Source of the DNA: Octopus sinensis
Taxonomy: Eukaryota
Direction: 5' to 3'
DNA length: 64,000 bases
Assembly (NCBI RefSeq): GCF_006345805.1
Contig: NC_042997.1
Coordinates: 131,068,001 to 131,132,000 of the forward strand
Below, one piece after another: positions 1-11,790 of this stretch (the first letter of the stretch is position 1; each line of letters starts with the position of its first letter). Under the pieces are notes generated by a model. It searched no databases. It saw nothing but the letters and a program-made list of their open reading frames with translations, and had not been told where the DNA came from. The translations under genes and the position numbers were made by a program.

Positions 1-6
1 CATACA

Positions 7-139
<133 letters not shown>

Positions 140-984
140 TACATATATGCATACATACGTACATATAGATTGATAGATAGCTTCAGCTTCACACATATCT
201 CATGTGTGTGTGTGTGTGTGGTGTGTGTGTGTGTGTGTGTACGCGCGCAGAGAATACGTATGATGTGTGTGTATACATATGTATGTAAATGTTTGCATCT
301 CTTTTGTTTTTATCATTTCCGTATGAATTTTTTGAAGTTTGCTAGATACAGTACATCCATCATCATCGTTCCTAGTCCTTCATAAACGGATCTTCAGAAT
401 GCTATGAACATCATTTACTTCACGCTAAGTAAATCAAAATAGTCAATTCTGCGGTTACTAACGTAAAAAAATAAGATTGTAATTATTCAAGAAATGAACT
501 GACCAAAGAAAAAAAAAAGAACAACGAAGAAAAAAGGGACTAAATTAGGAATTCCATTGTAAAAGTCAAACCAGATTTACCTTTAACACTTTATAGACTG
601 GCGTTTTGTGGTAATAGAGGAAATAATTCACAAATATTATCAAGTTTTGTGGAGTTTTATCGTATGAAAGTATTCATTTGAGCTCAATTTGCACTATTGA
701 ATATATTTTATTGTTACTCTCAATTTTATGTTGAATAAAGCGCTCACATTATGTATCGTTCAATTCCACAATTTATTCAACATTAACATTGTTCTGTGAT
801 GCTGGTCTTATTGTAAACGAAAGCAGACCACATTCATGGCAAATTGAAGAAGTTGTGGCTTCTCATAAATTATGTGTCAACAGAGGTTTACGAAACTTTC
901 TCTGGAAGTACTTGTGAAGCGTAGAATTGAAACCTTACAGCTTTAGTAACTAGGAGCAGACTATACTTAGGCCAGGTGACGTAC

Positions 985-1168
985 CTTGAATATCAACTGG
1001 TCGGCTTGCAGAGATATTGCCCCATATTATAGAATGTTCTATCTTTTTCCAGAGGTTTCCACGAAAATAGTGGTTATGTAAGCAACAACGCGGGCAAGTA
1101 CAGCAAAAGACAGGCACCGAGGCGGTTGAGGACGCTATGCACTTGCGCGTAGACACAGACAACAAGTC
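985..1168 (-). other. Candidate spliced exon (unverified)
   Basis: On the minus strand, the acceptor ctttgttctcttaag|G and donor CAAG|gtacgt bound 184 nt that is open in phase 0 (DLLSVSTRKCIASS...RPVDIQ). No recognisable homology, and no downstream partner exon found. Confidence 0.25.
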
Positions 1169-1803
1169 CTTAAGAGAACAAAGTTCTTTGGTTTCAGTTC
1201 AACCCTAGGTTAAAGCAATCGTCGGCAGAGTATTTTTCCCGCCTCTCACGCGAAGTCATTCATTTCTGTTATTAATGTAACTATTCTTTACTTCTGGCAC
1301 ACATACTTTATTAGACACCTGTTCAAATAGTTTAATTTGCATGTGCAATAAGTTACTGAATGGGTGAGAGGGTAGGGACTTGTTTTTCTAAAATGAAGTT
1401 GTTAATGGTTCAGTAAATACATACAACCCTGATCGGCGGGTAACATTCCTACATTTTTTTATACACTTGACGTATTCGCACGGTGTCAGTGTCGTTTACA
1501 TGACTGAATACTTGTGCATAGAAGGAAAAACTCATCAACGCCTTCGAAATAGCAAGTTACTATGTAACTATGTAAATATTGTGGTATGTTCCTTTAAAAA
1601 TAAATATTAATCAAACGACACTGGAGTTCGTTTTAATATAGGACAGCCTGAAAAGCATACAAATATCTCAATACATATTAAATTTTTGTTCAGATACACT
1701 TTATGATAATGCTATTTGTGTCTTGAAAATACATTGCATAAAACCCATTAATGAAGTTTTGAAAGTTATCGCCTGGTAGCCCCGTGGCAGCTTGTCAGAA
1801 AGT

Positions 1804-1915
1804 CTTTAGAAGAGTATTTGCAAGCTCAGTAGCTTTAGAAGAGTATTTGCAAACTCAGTAGCTTAGCCAGGAAGAACCCAGTAGCTTAGCTAGGAGCCCA
1901 GTAGCTTAGCTGGGG
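1804..1915. repeat. Short minisatellite: 29-bp unit x2, then CAGTAGCTTAGC-type units
   Basis: ctttagaagagtatttgcaa(g/a)ctcagtag at 1804 and 1833, followed by repeated cagtagcttagc. Confidence 0.8.
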
Positions 1916-2022
1916 CGGTACTTTTAGATCTGCTGTATAAACTTGTACAGACGTTGGGGGCCCGGGGCGTGAGTAGCAAACTCAAGGACTATCCCAAGCG
2001 GCACACACACTAGCTACACCAC

Positions 2023-2347
2023 TCTTTTACTGATTTCAGTCATTTGACTGTGGCCATGCTGGAGCACCACCTTTAGTCGTGCAAATCGACCCCAGGACTT
2101 ATTCTTTGTAAGCCTAGTACTTATTCTATCGGTCTCTTTTGCCGAACTGGTAAGTTACGGGGACGTAAACACACCAGCATCGGTTGTCAAGTGATACTGG
2201 GGGGGGGGACAAACAGGCACACAAGCATATACACGCACATACATATATCTGTATACATATATACGACGGGCTTCCTTCAGTTTCCGTCTACCAAATCCAC
2301 TCACAAGGCTTTGATCGGCCCGAGCCTATAGTAGTAAATAGGTGCCA
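2023..2347 (-). mobile_element. SINE family A (tRNA-derived, central microsatellite), 5'-truncated
   Basis: Reverse complement matches the body and tail of the full copy at 33716-34128. Confidence 0.85.
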
Positions 2348-2610
2348 AAACTCCAGATTGATTCGGTCCCTGGTGACATTCATTCTCCACACATACCTGC
2401 TTTTACAGCTTCATATTCAAACTGGAACGATCGAAGAAGACATCGTATGGCAACAAGAATATATATTTATGTGTAGAAATTAGCGCGAATGTTGAATTTC
2501 TGATGAAGACCTGCATATGTCATATACGCAGTTTCATCTGAATATTCCTTTTCTTGTCTTGTTTGAACACCTGTGTTAATGTATTGTTTGAACATCTATA
2601 TTAATGCAAT

Positions 2611-2890
2611 GAAGGCGCATGGCTTAGTGGTTAGGGGCATTCGGCTCATGATCGTAAGGTCGTGAGTTCAATTCCCGGTGGTGCGTTGTGTCCACTCCAC
2701 TCAGCTGACAAAAATGAGTAGTACCTGTATTTCAAAGGGCCACCCTTGTCACTCTGTGTCACGCTCAATCTCCCCGAGAACTACGTTAAGGGTACACGTA
2801 TTAACCACTTACACGTTAAATTCACGAGCAAGCTGTTCCGTTGCTCGTATCAGCTGGGACCTTCGTCGTAGCAACCGACGGAGTGCTCCA
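2611..2890 (+). mobile_element. SINE family C (tRNA-derived head)
   Basis: Head aggcgcatggcttagtggttag with B-box gagttcaattcc; homologous to the other family-C copies. Confidence 0.8.
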
Positions 2891-3077
2891 AGATATTAAT
2901 ACAGCAATAAATTTTGTTCAGAAACATAAAGCAGCCTTACATTCTTGCTACATGCTGATGTGACATTCCCACATGGCTGCCGACCTACCGTAAGCAATTT
3001 TTCATAAGTTTGTGCAAGTAATCTGTGATAATTTGGGTGTTTTCAATATTTTATTATTAGTAACAATTATTATACCT

Positions 3078-3307
3078 ATTTCTTTACTACCCACAAGGGG
3101 CTAAACACAGAGGGGACAAACAAGGATAGACAAACGGATCAAGTCGATTACATCGACCCCAGTGCGTAACTGGTACTTATTTAATCGATCCCGAAAGGAT
3201 AAAAGGCAAAGTCGACCTCGGCGGAATTTGAACTCAGAACGTAGCGGCAGACGAAATACGGCTACGCATTTCGCCCGGCGTGCTAACGTTTCTGCAAGCT
3301 CGCCGCC
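3078..3307 (-). mobile_element. SINE family B, young full-length copy with 21-bp TSD
   Basis: ttagtaacaattattatacct flanks both sides (3057-3077 and 3308-3328); nearly identical to the copy at 42181-42414. Confidence 0.92.
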
Positions 3308-4980
3308 TTAGTAACAATTATTATACCTTACGGACTTATTTCATCTGGCTCCATAGTCTATGGCGCTCCGTCCCATTCTTAAAACGGCCGCATAAGACGT
3401 AGAACAATTTTTAGATAGATTAAAAATATTTTAAAAAGTGCGTCTTATACGCCTGTAAATACAATACTCGTTTGCATTACATTGTGAGCTTTAAAAACAT
3501 GCCGTATTCCGTAGAGAATGTCTGACAGGCGGTTGGTTCGTGTATGAAAACACGCATGAACAACCAAAATTTTACCAACCAGACAAAAGCCATTTCGTAA
3601 AGGCTACTCAGCCTTTTAAGCGGTCAAACATCAACATCAAAGTCTTCTTTCTAGTATTGACATGAATCGATATTTTCTAAATATCGTGGTTGAATATTTC
3701 ATTTTGGCTTTTTGTATTTCCTTGTGCAAACATGACTGTTTCAACAATCATTGCTTTTACCAGCTATTTCCTATTTTTGCTATTCTGGCTTACATTCACT
3801 CCAATCGTGGGGCTTCTTTATGAATCGAGAAGTATTTGTATTTCTCACTAACAAAGAGATTTCATGTAGTTGAGCCACTGTTTATAAGCTTCATGGCAAT
3901 GGAAAATGAGTGAGTGTCAGTGAGATAATTCGTTCAACAACCACAATAGCTTTAAAATCACGTGGTTTCTCTATTCAGTTCATGGCGAGCTTTTCTTGTT
4001 GACGCTCGCCACTCATTTCCGTCGTTATTGTTCACGGCAACCAGCGCTTACTTGAACGAGAGAGTTTTAAATTATTCTCATCGTTCTTCTCCTAGGACCT
4101 TAGTGCTTTTGTGGTTGCGTAATCCTGTGCCACTTCTACTGAAGCGTCACATATGTGCGAGGAAAATAAATCCTTTAGTTAATGTGGGGCTCTTCCAAGT
4201 GAACCCCCATTTCATTCATGTTTGCTCTTCTGACGTTAAAGAAAGTACGGTGTCTGTAAAACATTTAGCACCAGCATAAACTACTAAGAACGAGACTCAA
4301 ACACTATCTCGGTAAATATAGACAGAGATGACAACTTGACTACGTAAAGCACCGGCGCTGGCTTCAAAGATTGTTCGCAATTGTAGCGTTTCCAATAACT
4401 CCTGTTCTGAAGTGATATGAACGTTTCTAGTGTTATCTTAATCGTTTAAATTTGTGAATTGAAAACATTACCAGAAGAGGAATAATGTTATGAAAATGAT
4501 TTACTGTGAGCTACGAATAATTATAAATTACTTATTATTACAAGCGCGAAGGAATTCATAATGAGCTAACCGAAACAGTGGACTAAATTAATCATTCTAT
4601 TAAAACGGAAGAACAGATTCGCCTTTAGCACTTGATGGACTAACGTTACAAGAAATCAGCTACGAAGATTAAGCTTTGCTGAGTTTCGTCGTACGCACGT
4701 AGGTATTTGTAGTTATTTGCTTGATATCTGTGCAATCGCATGTTATATTACTGTTACAATTTCATGCTGAATAAAGCTTTCAGATTAGATGTTATTCAAT
4801 TTCGCAACAGTGGTGTTGGCAAGAATTGATGCCTCTTTATTGCTGATAACACTAATGTGACTAGTGTGCATATTAACCCCTGAACATAGATTTTTTTTTT
4901 TACCGAATTAGTTTATACATATCCATCAGGTATTTGTTTTTATTTAGGAATATTGCATACTGTAGGTGTATTTATTTTAG

Positions 4981-5623
4981 GGATCTTTTCCTTTTGAAGG
5001 CCAGATTTCAACACAATTTCTAGTTAACTAAACACTTTAAAACTTCGTATACTGGTAGAATGTGTCAAAAGAAAACATTATTTTCACTTGGCTTTATTGA
5101 TAAATTTGTAATTCGTTTGTTTAACGTAGTTTAATTTTTCGAATTTTAACCAATCCTATGCTCTCTTTTTGAGCTGAAATCATTTGCTGCGTCTAAAAAC
5201 TGAGCAACATCCTGTAACTAACCCTCCCCCTCCCCCTAATTTTTTTTTCTTAATTGTTAAATTAATTTAATTGTTACGCGTGTAAAAAAAACTAAAGCAA
5301 TGGAAAATAATTTACACACGTAACAATTAAATTAATTTAACAATTAAGAAAATAAAATTAGGGTTAGGGGGAGGGGGAGGGTTAGTTACAGGATGTTGTC
5401 TCAGTTTTTAGACGCAGCAAATGATTTCAGCTCAAAAAGAGAGCATAGGATTGGTTAAAATTCGAAAAATTAAACTACGTTAAACAAACGAATTACAAAT
5501 TTATCAAGAAAGCCAAGTGAAAATAATGTTTTCTTTTGACACATTCTACCAGTATACGAAGTTTTAAAGTGTTTAGTTAACTAGAAATTGTGTTGAAATC
5601 TGGCCTTCAAAAGGAAAAGATCC
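4981..5623. mobile_element. Foldback MITE, ~300-bp inverted arms, 8-bp TSD (Merlin-like)
   Basis: GGATCTTTTCC...GGAAAAGATCC with near-perfect arms; TSD tattttag at 4973-4980 and 5624-5631. Confidence 0.92.
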
Positions 5624-5764
5624 TATTTTAGAATTGTGCTGTTTTATTAGTATTGCGTCCATCATTAATAATCTAATTTTGTGGGGAATTTTGTATAGTA
5701 TATATATGTTGTTTACTAAGGTTTTCCTACCTATTGTGTGTGTGTGTGTGTGTTGCGTAGTGCA

Positions 5765-6000
5765 GTGGAGGCACATTGGACTCATGATTGCAAGATTCTG
5801 GTTTCGATTCCTGGACTGGGCAACGCGTTGTGTTCTTGAGTAAAGTTCTTCATTTCACGTTACTCTCGCCCACACAGCTGGCAAAAATTAATCATCCTGT
5901 GATGGACCGGTTTCTTGTCTAGGTGAGGTAATACATACGCTATGAAACCGGGAAACCGACCCTTATGAGTCGGCATGACTCGAAAAGGTAACTTTACCTT
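5765..6000 (+). mobile_element. SINE family C
   Basis: gtggaggcacat head, cgcgttgtgttcttgag core, gaaaccgggaaaccg tail. Confidence 0.8.
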
Positions 6001-6009
6001 TTTGTGTAG

Positions 6010-6660
6010 TGCCTTGCAATTTTCCCTTGTAAGTGCATAGTAAACTTGTAGGAAAGATGCGTACTTGAATGGCTAACATAACAGTTAAAGTCGTGAAGTT
6101 TACAACTTTCATGTTTGCAATTGAATTTATAAATAACACTGGTCATAATCAGCTTGTTCATAGGTTTAAAATGCTTTTGGTTTGTTATTAGTTAAGAAAG
6201 TGTTATATAATGTATTTTCGAGCATATTATAGTGTTACTTCAAAGTTTGAGAACATGTACTTTGTGTTCTGTTTTATGAGGTTCCTTATATTGTTCAACA
6301 ATTTTATAGTTAGTAGGCATTTGATTAATATCATACGCATTATGTTTGGTTTATGTATTTTACTGAATTTAATGTACTTACTCGCTGTGTTGTGCCTGTA
6401 TTGTGCTATGGCTAGCTTATTTGGTTTGTTAGAACAGCTGCTGTTTATTCTATGAATTTCATTATCTAGTCACTAGATTCTAGTGTTTCGTTTGAGGAGA
6501 ATATTCATGCATTATAAGTAGGAATTTTACCAAAGGCATTTTGTATCTACGTGGACATTCGCAGTCTCAAGTATATGCATTCATTTGCGTCTTTAGAGCA
6601 GACATATGTGCGCGCGTGTGTGTGTGTATGTGTGTGTATATTTCTATTTGCATACCTCTG

Positions 6661-6730
<70 letters not shown>

Positions 6731-6767
6731 CGCCCGTCCGTCCGTCCGTCCGTCCGTCCGTCCGTCC

Positions 6768-6803
<36 letters not shown>

Positions 6804-7290
6804 GCCTGCCTGCCTGCCTGCCTGCCTACTCGTCTGTGTTATTTTATATTTGAATTTGCATGTTTACAAGTCATTGTTTTCTTAGAAGTAATATTTGTAT
6901 TTTCCTCAGTTATTTCCATGGTGTCCATTACCAGTATATTGCCTACATGATCGATGTATATCGTATCTTGATTTCTCAGTCCATCTCTACTACTGTTGAC
7001 ACGGAAGATGCGAATGATGGTCTTCAGGGAGATATCATGGCTACTGCATCTTTTTGCTTATACATTTTACCAGACAAGAAAAGGATACTGCTGTTGCACC
7101 AAACAAATAATTTCTTCAGTATGTTAGCTAGTATCGTGGATGGATTTATTATTGGGTGTTTATATACATGATTTTATAAGAATACTATTGTTCTTCAACG
7201 GGAAGAATAGTGTACAGACTTTCTTCGTTTTAAGTGTAGATAATGCCTCTGGCAATTTCTTCTAAGAACTCTGCAGATAACTATAGACTG
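6010..7290 (-). mobile_element. Penelope-like retroelement relic (RT + GIY-YIG), interrupted by a microsatellite block
   Basis: Minus-strand fragments SLYTILPVEE and FLSGKMYKQKDAVAMISP (PLE RT motif) and SVIYKFNCKHESC...YVSHSSTHLSYKFTMHLQ (GIY-YIG-like); many stops and frameshifts. Confidence 0.7.
6612..6830. repeat. Compound microsatellite (TG)n-(TATC)n-(CCGT)n-(CTGT)n-(CCTG)n
   Basis: Directly visible. Confidence 0.95.
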
Positions 7291-7295
7291 TATCA

Positions 7296-7712
7296 GGATC
7301 TTTTCGGTTTGAACGGCAGTTTTTAACATAATTTCCACGTAACTAAACACTTTAAAACTTCGTATACTGGTAGAATGTGTTTATTAAACATCTTTTTCTC
7401 TTGGCTTTATTGAGAAAATTCTATGGTTTGTAAGATATTTGCTGTTGTTTTTCTTCAATTTCTGCAATTTCAACCAATCAATGACGTCTATTGAGGTGAA
7501 AACATTCTGTGCCGTATAAATATGTCCCTCGTTTAAGAAACAGATTGGATTTATTTACATTTGTGAAGAAAAAAAGATACCCTTCCCCCACCCCTAACTC
7601 TAACCCTAACCCTAAAACAGATTGAAATGCAATAGATCGATACTAGGGTCATAATTATGGGTGACAATTTCATATAACACCGCTAGAAAAAACTGCCGTT
7701 CAAACCGAAAAG
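7296..7712. mobile_element. GGATC-terminal MITE (short subfamily), right end eroded
   Basis: TIR ggatcttttcggtttgaacggcagtttt; homologous to 22895-23329 and 47321-47730; (CCCTAA)-type x4 at 7592-7615. Confidence 0.88.
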
Positions 7713-7879
7713 TATCACTCTAGTATGTAACATTTGATAATGTTATCCAATCGTTCATCGATCTTTTTTGCGTTGGTGTATTTATTTGAGTAATAAAGGT
7801 TGGGGAGGGGTTGTTTTATTATGTATTTTTACTGATCTGTAGATGTGCTAGGGTGAATTATTCCCCTTGTGCGTTTATC

Positions 7880-8200
7880 GCTGTAATTTTCCAGGTTCGG
7901 GCACTTTTCCAAGTCGTTGTAGATGTCGGTGAACTGTTGAATAGCTTGAATTTAGCTTTTAGCATAAACCTTCAACTGTAACAGCACTATTTTGATCAAG
8001 TTCTAAGAAAAGCAGGTTAAACTGAACAGGATAACCTATTTGTGAAGAATCTGTTATGCTGAAATCATTCTTCTTAAATCTTTCAAGCTATCGCCCGCTG
8101 GTGCTTTCGTTCAAGCAATCCTCTCCATAAACATCATAAACGTTTCAGATTGCTTCAACCGCATTTTAGCCTTTTCTGGACTCAAAGAGATATATGGTTT
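7880..8200 (-). mobile_element. mariner transposase N-terminal (HTH) relic
   Basis: Minus-strand FESRKG*NAVEAI*NVYDVYGEDCLNEST...FKKNDFS...LDQNSAVTVEGL*...SYSTVHRHLQRLGK resembles the mariner N-terminal DNA-binding region. Confidence 0.75.
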
Positions 8201-8429
8201 AAATACAATTTGGATAAATCGATCTTTATGAGGGTCAAGGTAGTAACTAAATTGACAAATTCAAATTTTAAACGCAAATTGATAACAGTTGATAATTGCA
8301 CAAAGTCATGGCAGTGTGTACTGTTGTCAGTCAGGGGTTTTAAAATAACAAAGTTATCTAATTTACACTTATCAAATTTCATACATGGCTTAAAGGATGA
8401 CTTGATACGTGCGTACGCGCGCACGCACA

Positions 8430-8473
<44 letters not shown>

Positions 8474-8816
8474 GACACATATACACACACACACACCAGG
8501 TTTATACCTGTAATTAGTGGAGCCCTGGGATATGTAACACACTGCACTAAATACCAATCTTGAGAAATTAGGCTTCTCAAAACCGGAAAGGAGGAAACTA
8601 ATTCGAAGACTACAGATCCAATCTATCACTGGAACTGTAAAAATGTGTAAAACTTTCTAGAAGTTTATCATTTAAATCTAAATGAACATGTCTAGATATG
8701 CAGCTATAGGCATGAGAATACATACATAAAGCAAAACATACAAATCTGTACACATGCATACATGCATGCATGCATACATACATACATACATACATACATA
8801 CTACATACATACATAC

Positions 8817-10140
8817 TTGGTGGTTGTCTACTTCTTATGCAGAGTTTCACCACTTCCTGTACCTACACCTTAGCACCATCATGGCATCCGATGTGGCTTT
8901 TTAAACCAGACAATGTTCTGAAAAGACACCCACGTAGATTGCTACGATTTGGACCATCAAGACCTGCAGATAAGCTCTGCTCTTTGTGGATCTTAGAATG
9001 TCTTTTGAGGCCTCCGTTAGATTTGCAAACCATCTGGCATATATTGTATTCAAAGGTGTGCATAGACATATAGGCAGAATAGTTGGTGCAAGTTCGTTCT
9101 CCATGCGTTCGCAGATGAGATTTGAGCTCAGAAAAAGACAGGCATGGTCTGTCACAGACTATGCACTCAAAAAGGTCATTGTCATTTACCTTCTCGATCG
9201 TTATATTCTTCCTTAGATCTCTTTTGAGTCTTACATGCGTTATCATGGCGTCTTCAAATGCTTTTACTCCACTCCACACCTTTGTTTTCCATTCCAAGCG
9301 AGGGTTTCTGTATCTTCTGGTACCATTCCAAGTGACTTCATAGTAGTCCTTATACCGTCCTTAAACCTTTTTTAGGTTTACACCGATAGCGTCTCCCCTC
9401 TGCATGCTCACCATAAAACAGCTGTTTCGGTATGCGTTCAACCGCCATTCGAACAATATGGCCACACCATCTCAATTGGTTTCTCAAAATCATAGCTTTA
9501 ACTGAGGTGATACCTGCAGATGCAAGGACATCTCTATTTGGAATAAAAGCATTCCATTTAATTTTTAAAATGCGATGAAGGCATTTTTGGTGGAATTGTT
9601 CTAATAATTTAAAATGCCTTTTACAACAAGTCCAAGTTTCAAAGGAATACAACAGGGATGGTAAGACAAATGATTTGTAAAGAGCCAGCTTTATATTATT
9701 TATATGTCGCTGACACCAAACGCGTGACTCCAAACTACCAAATGCTTTTGATGCTCTTTAAATTCGCAGCTGTATTTCTGTATCAAGATTTTCATCATTT
9801 TGAACAGAGCTTCCAAGGTAGACGAACGAATCGACAACCTCAACTTTCCTTAAGAAAAATTTTAGGTGGGGTTACAAACAGCACTACACGCAGGTTGATG
9901 AATTACAACTGTTCTTTTCAAGTTGATAGTCAAGCCAAAATCATCACAAACCGAGTCAAATGCAGATACAAGAGATTGCAGACCTGTTTCAAAATGACTG
10001 ACAAGATTGCAATCGTTAGTGTACAAAAGTTCCCTATGAGTGAAGTAAAAACCTTCGTTTTGAATTTCAGTCTGATCTGATTAAAAGCATTCCCTGTTGC
10101 TCGATATTTTATGTAAATAAAAGTGACTTGCTTTGAAGTT
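8817..10140 (-). mobile_element. 5'-truncated RTE (BovB-like) LINE: end of RT, C-terminal domain, three C2H2-like fingers, 3' UTR
   Basis: ELLYTNDC (degenerate YADD), FVYLGS, LYKSFVLPSLLYSFETW, QLRWCGHIVRM, RIPKQLFYGE; ORF2 ends at 8863; (TATG)n tail at ~8757-8816. Confidence 0.9.
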
Positions 10141-10339
10141 TTACATTCGGTACAATTTGTTTATTTTAGTAGTTTTGACTGCAAGAGTCCCTCCTGGCGT
10201 GCGGTACCTATGAATAATAGTACCCTCTATATAATATAAATAAATATTTTCAAAGTGGAAAAATTTACAGATTTTTTCTCTTACGAGGTTTTTCACGCTA
10301 ACTACTGATAATTTCTTATAAAGATTTTATCCTTAATTT

Positions 10340-10370
<31 letters not shown>

Positions 10371-11222
10371 GGATCAAAACCATACATATAACTCTTGATT
10401 CATACATTTAACTCCCAATAAATGCGTTGAATGCCCTTCTTTCGTTTGTCCACCCACACACACACGCGCGCACACACATATACACATGTACATACATACA
10501 CATACCCATATACATATATAAGATATACACCAATACATAAGTATGCATATAATTCACACACACAAACACACACGCACGCACACACGTATATATATGTATA
10601 TAGGTATAGAAATTGTGGTGATATTTGATCGGTAGCTGATGAGGGATCGAATATTCTTGTGTCTGTTGTGTTTTTCCTGTTATTCTGTCTGCCCCATTGT
10701 AGTCCCCTGTGCTATATTTCAACACACACACGCACACACACACACACACACACCACACACACACACACTCATACACAACCCTTTTTCTTATTACATTAGA
10801 CACTGCAGTACTCTGGGTTGCATTCTTAAAGAGTATAGCCGATGACGTCGGCTCCAATACTTATGTTTTGAAACCTGGGACTTATTCTGTGCATTTCTTG
10901 TACCGAACTGCTGAGTTACATAGACAAATGGCGGTGCCCCAGCATGGCCACAGCTCATGAGCTGAAACTAGATAAAATAAATAAAAAATAAAAATAGCAT
11001 CGTTTGTCAAGTGCTAAGAGACAAACACTGCCATACTCACACGGTCATATATATATATATATATATATGCAACGGACTTCTCTACAATCCCCGTCAACTA
11101 AATTTATTCACAGGGTGTTAGTCGTCCTAAGGTTAGAGTGGAAGACAGTTGCCCAATATGCCATGCAGCAGGATTGAACTCAAAATTGTGTTATTGCAAA
11201 GTGAACATCTTAATCATACAAC

Positions 11223-11224
<2 letters not shown>

Positions 11225-11272
<48 letters not shown>

Positions 11273-11327
11273 ACTTTCTTCTGCACATATATATGTATAT
11301 GAGTGTGTATGTGTATGTGTATGCATG

Positions 11328-11387
<60 letters not shown>

Positions 11388-11396
11388 GTGCGTATG

Positions 11397-11440
<44 letters not shown>

Positions 11441-11444
11441 TATG

Positions 11445-11484
<40 letters not shown>

Positions 11485-11518
11485 TATACACGCACACATA
11501 CATACATACATACATACA

Positions 11519-11575
<57 letters not shown>

Positions 11576-11790
11576 ATATATATATACACACATACACATA
11601 TATGCATATACAAAAAGTCCATACATACACATTCAAATTCCTAAACAAAAACAGTGTTTATATGTTTATATATGTTTGTATGCATGTGTGCATATATGTG
11701 TGTATATGTGTGTGTAAACATAGATAGATACATACATCTACATATGCTTATACACATACACACACACTCACAGACACACACACACGGATA
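11225..11790. repeat. (CT)n/(TA)n/(TG)n microsatellite block
   Basis: Directly visible; source of the spurious YI-repeat ORFs. Confidence 0.95.

Noticed and set aside
1804-1915. CRISPR-like array (also 32495-32710 and 53138-53220)
   Set aside because: Contiguous tandem units without unique spacers, in a eukaryotic context with no cas genes.
3732-3851. 39-aa signal-peptide-like sORF (MTVSTIIAFTSYFLFLLFW...)
   Set aside because: Hydrophobicity is expected from T-rich DNA; no splice partner or homology.
8863-9297. Host C2H2 zinc-finger gene
   Set aside because: Contiguous with RTE ORF2 and followed by a LINE 3' UTR and tail; no TGEKP linkers.
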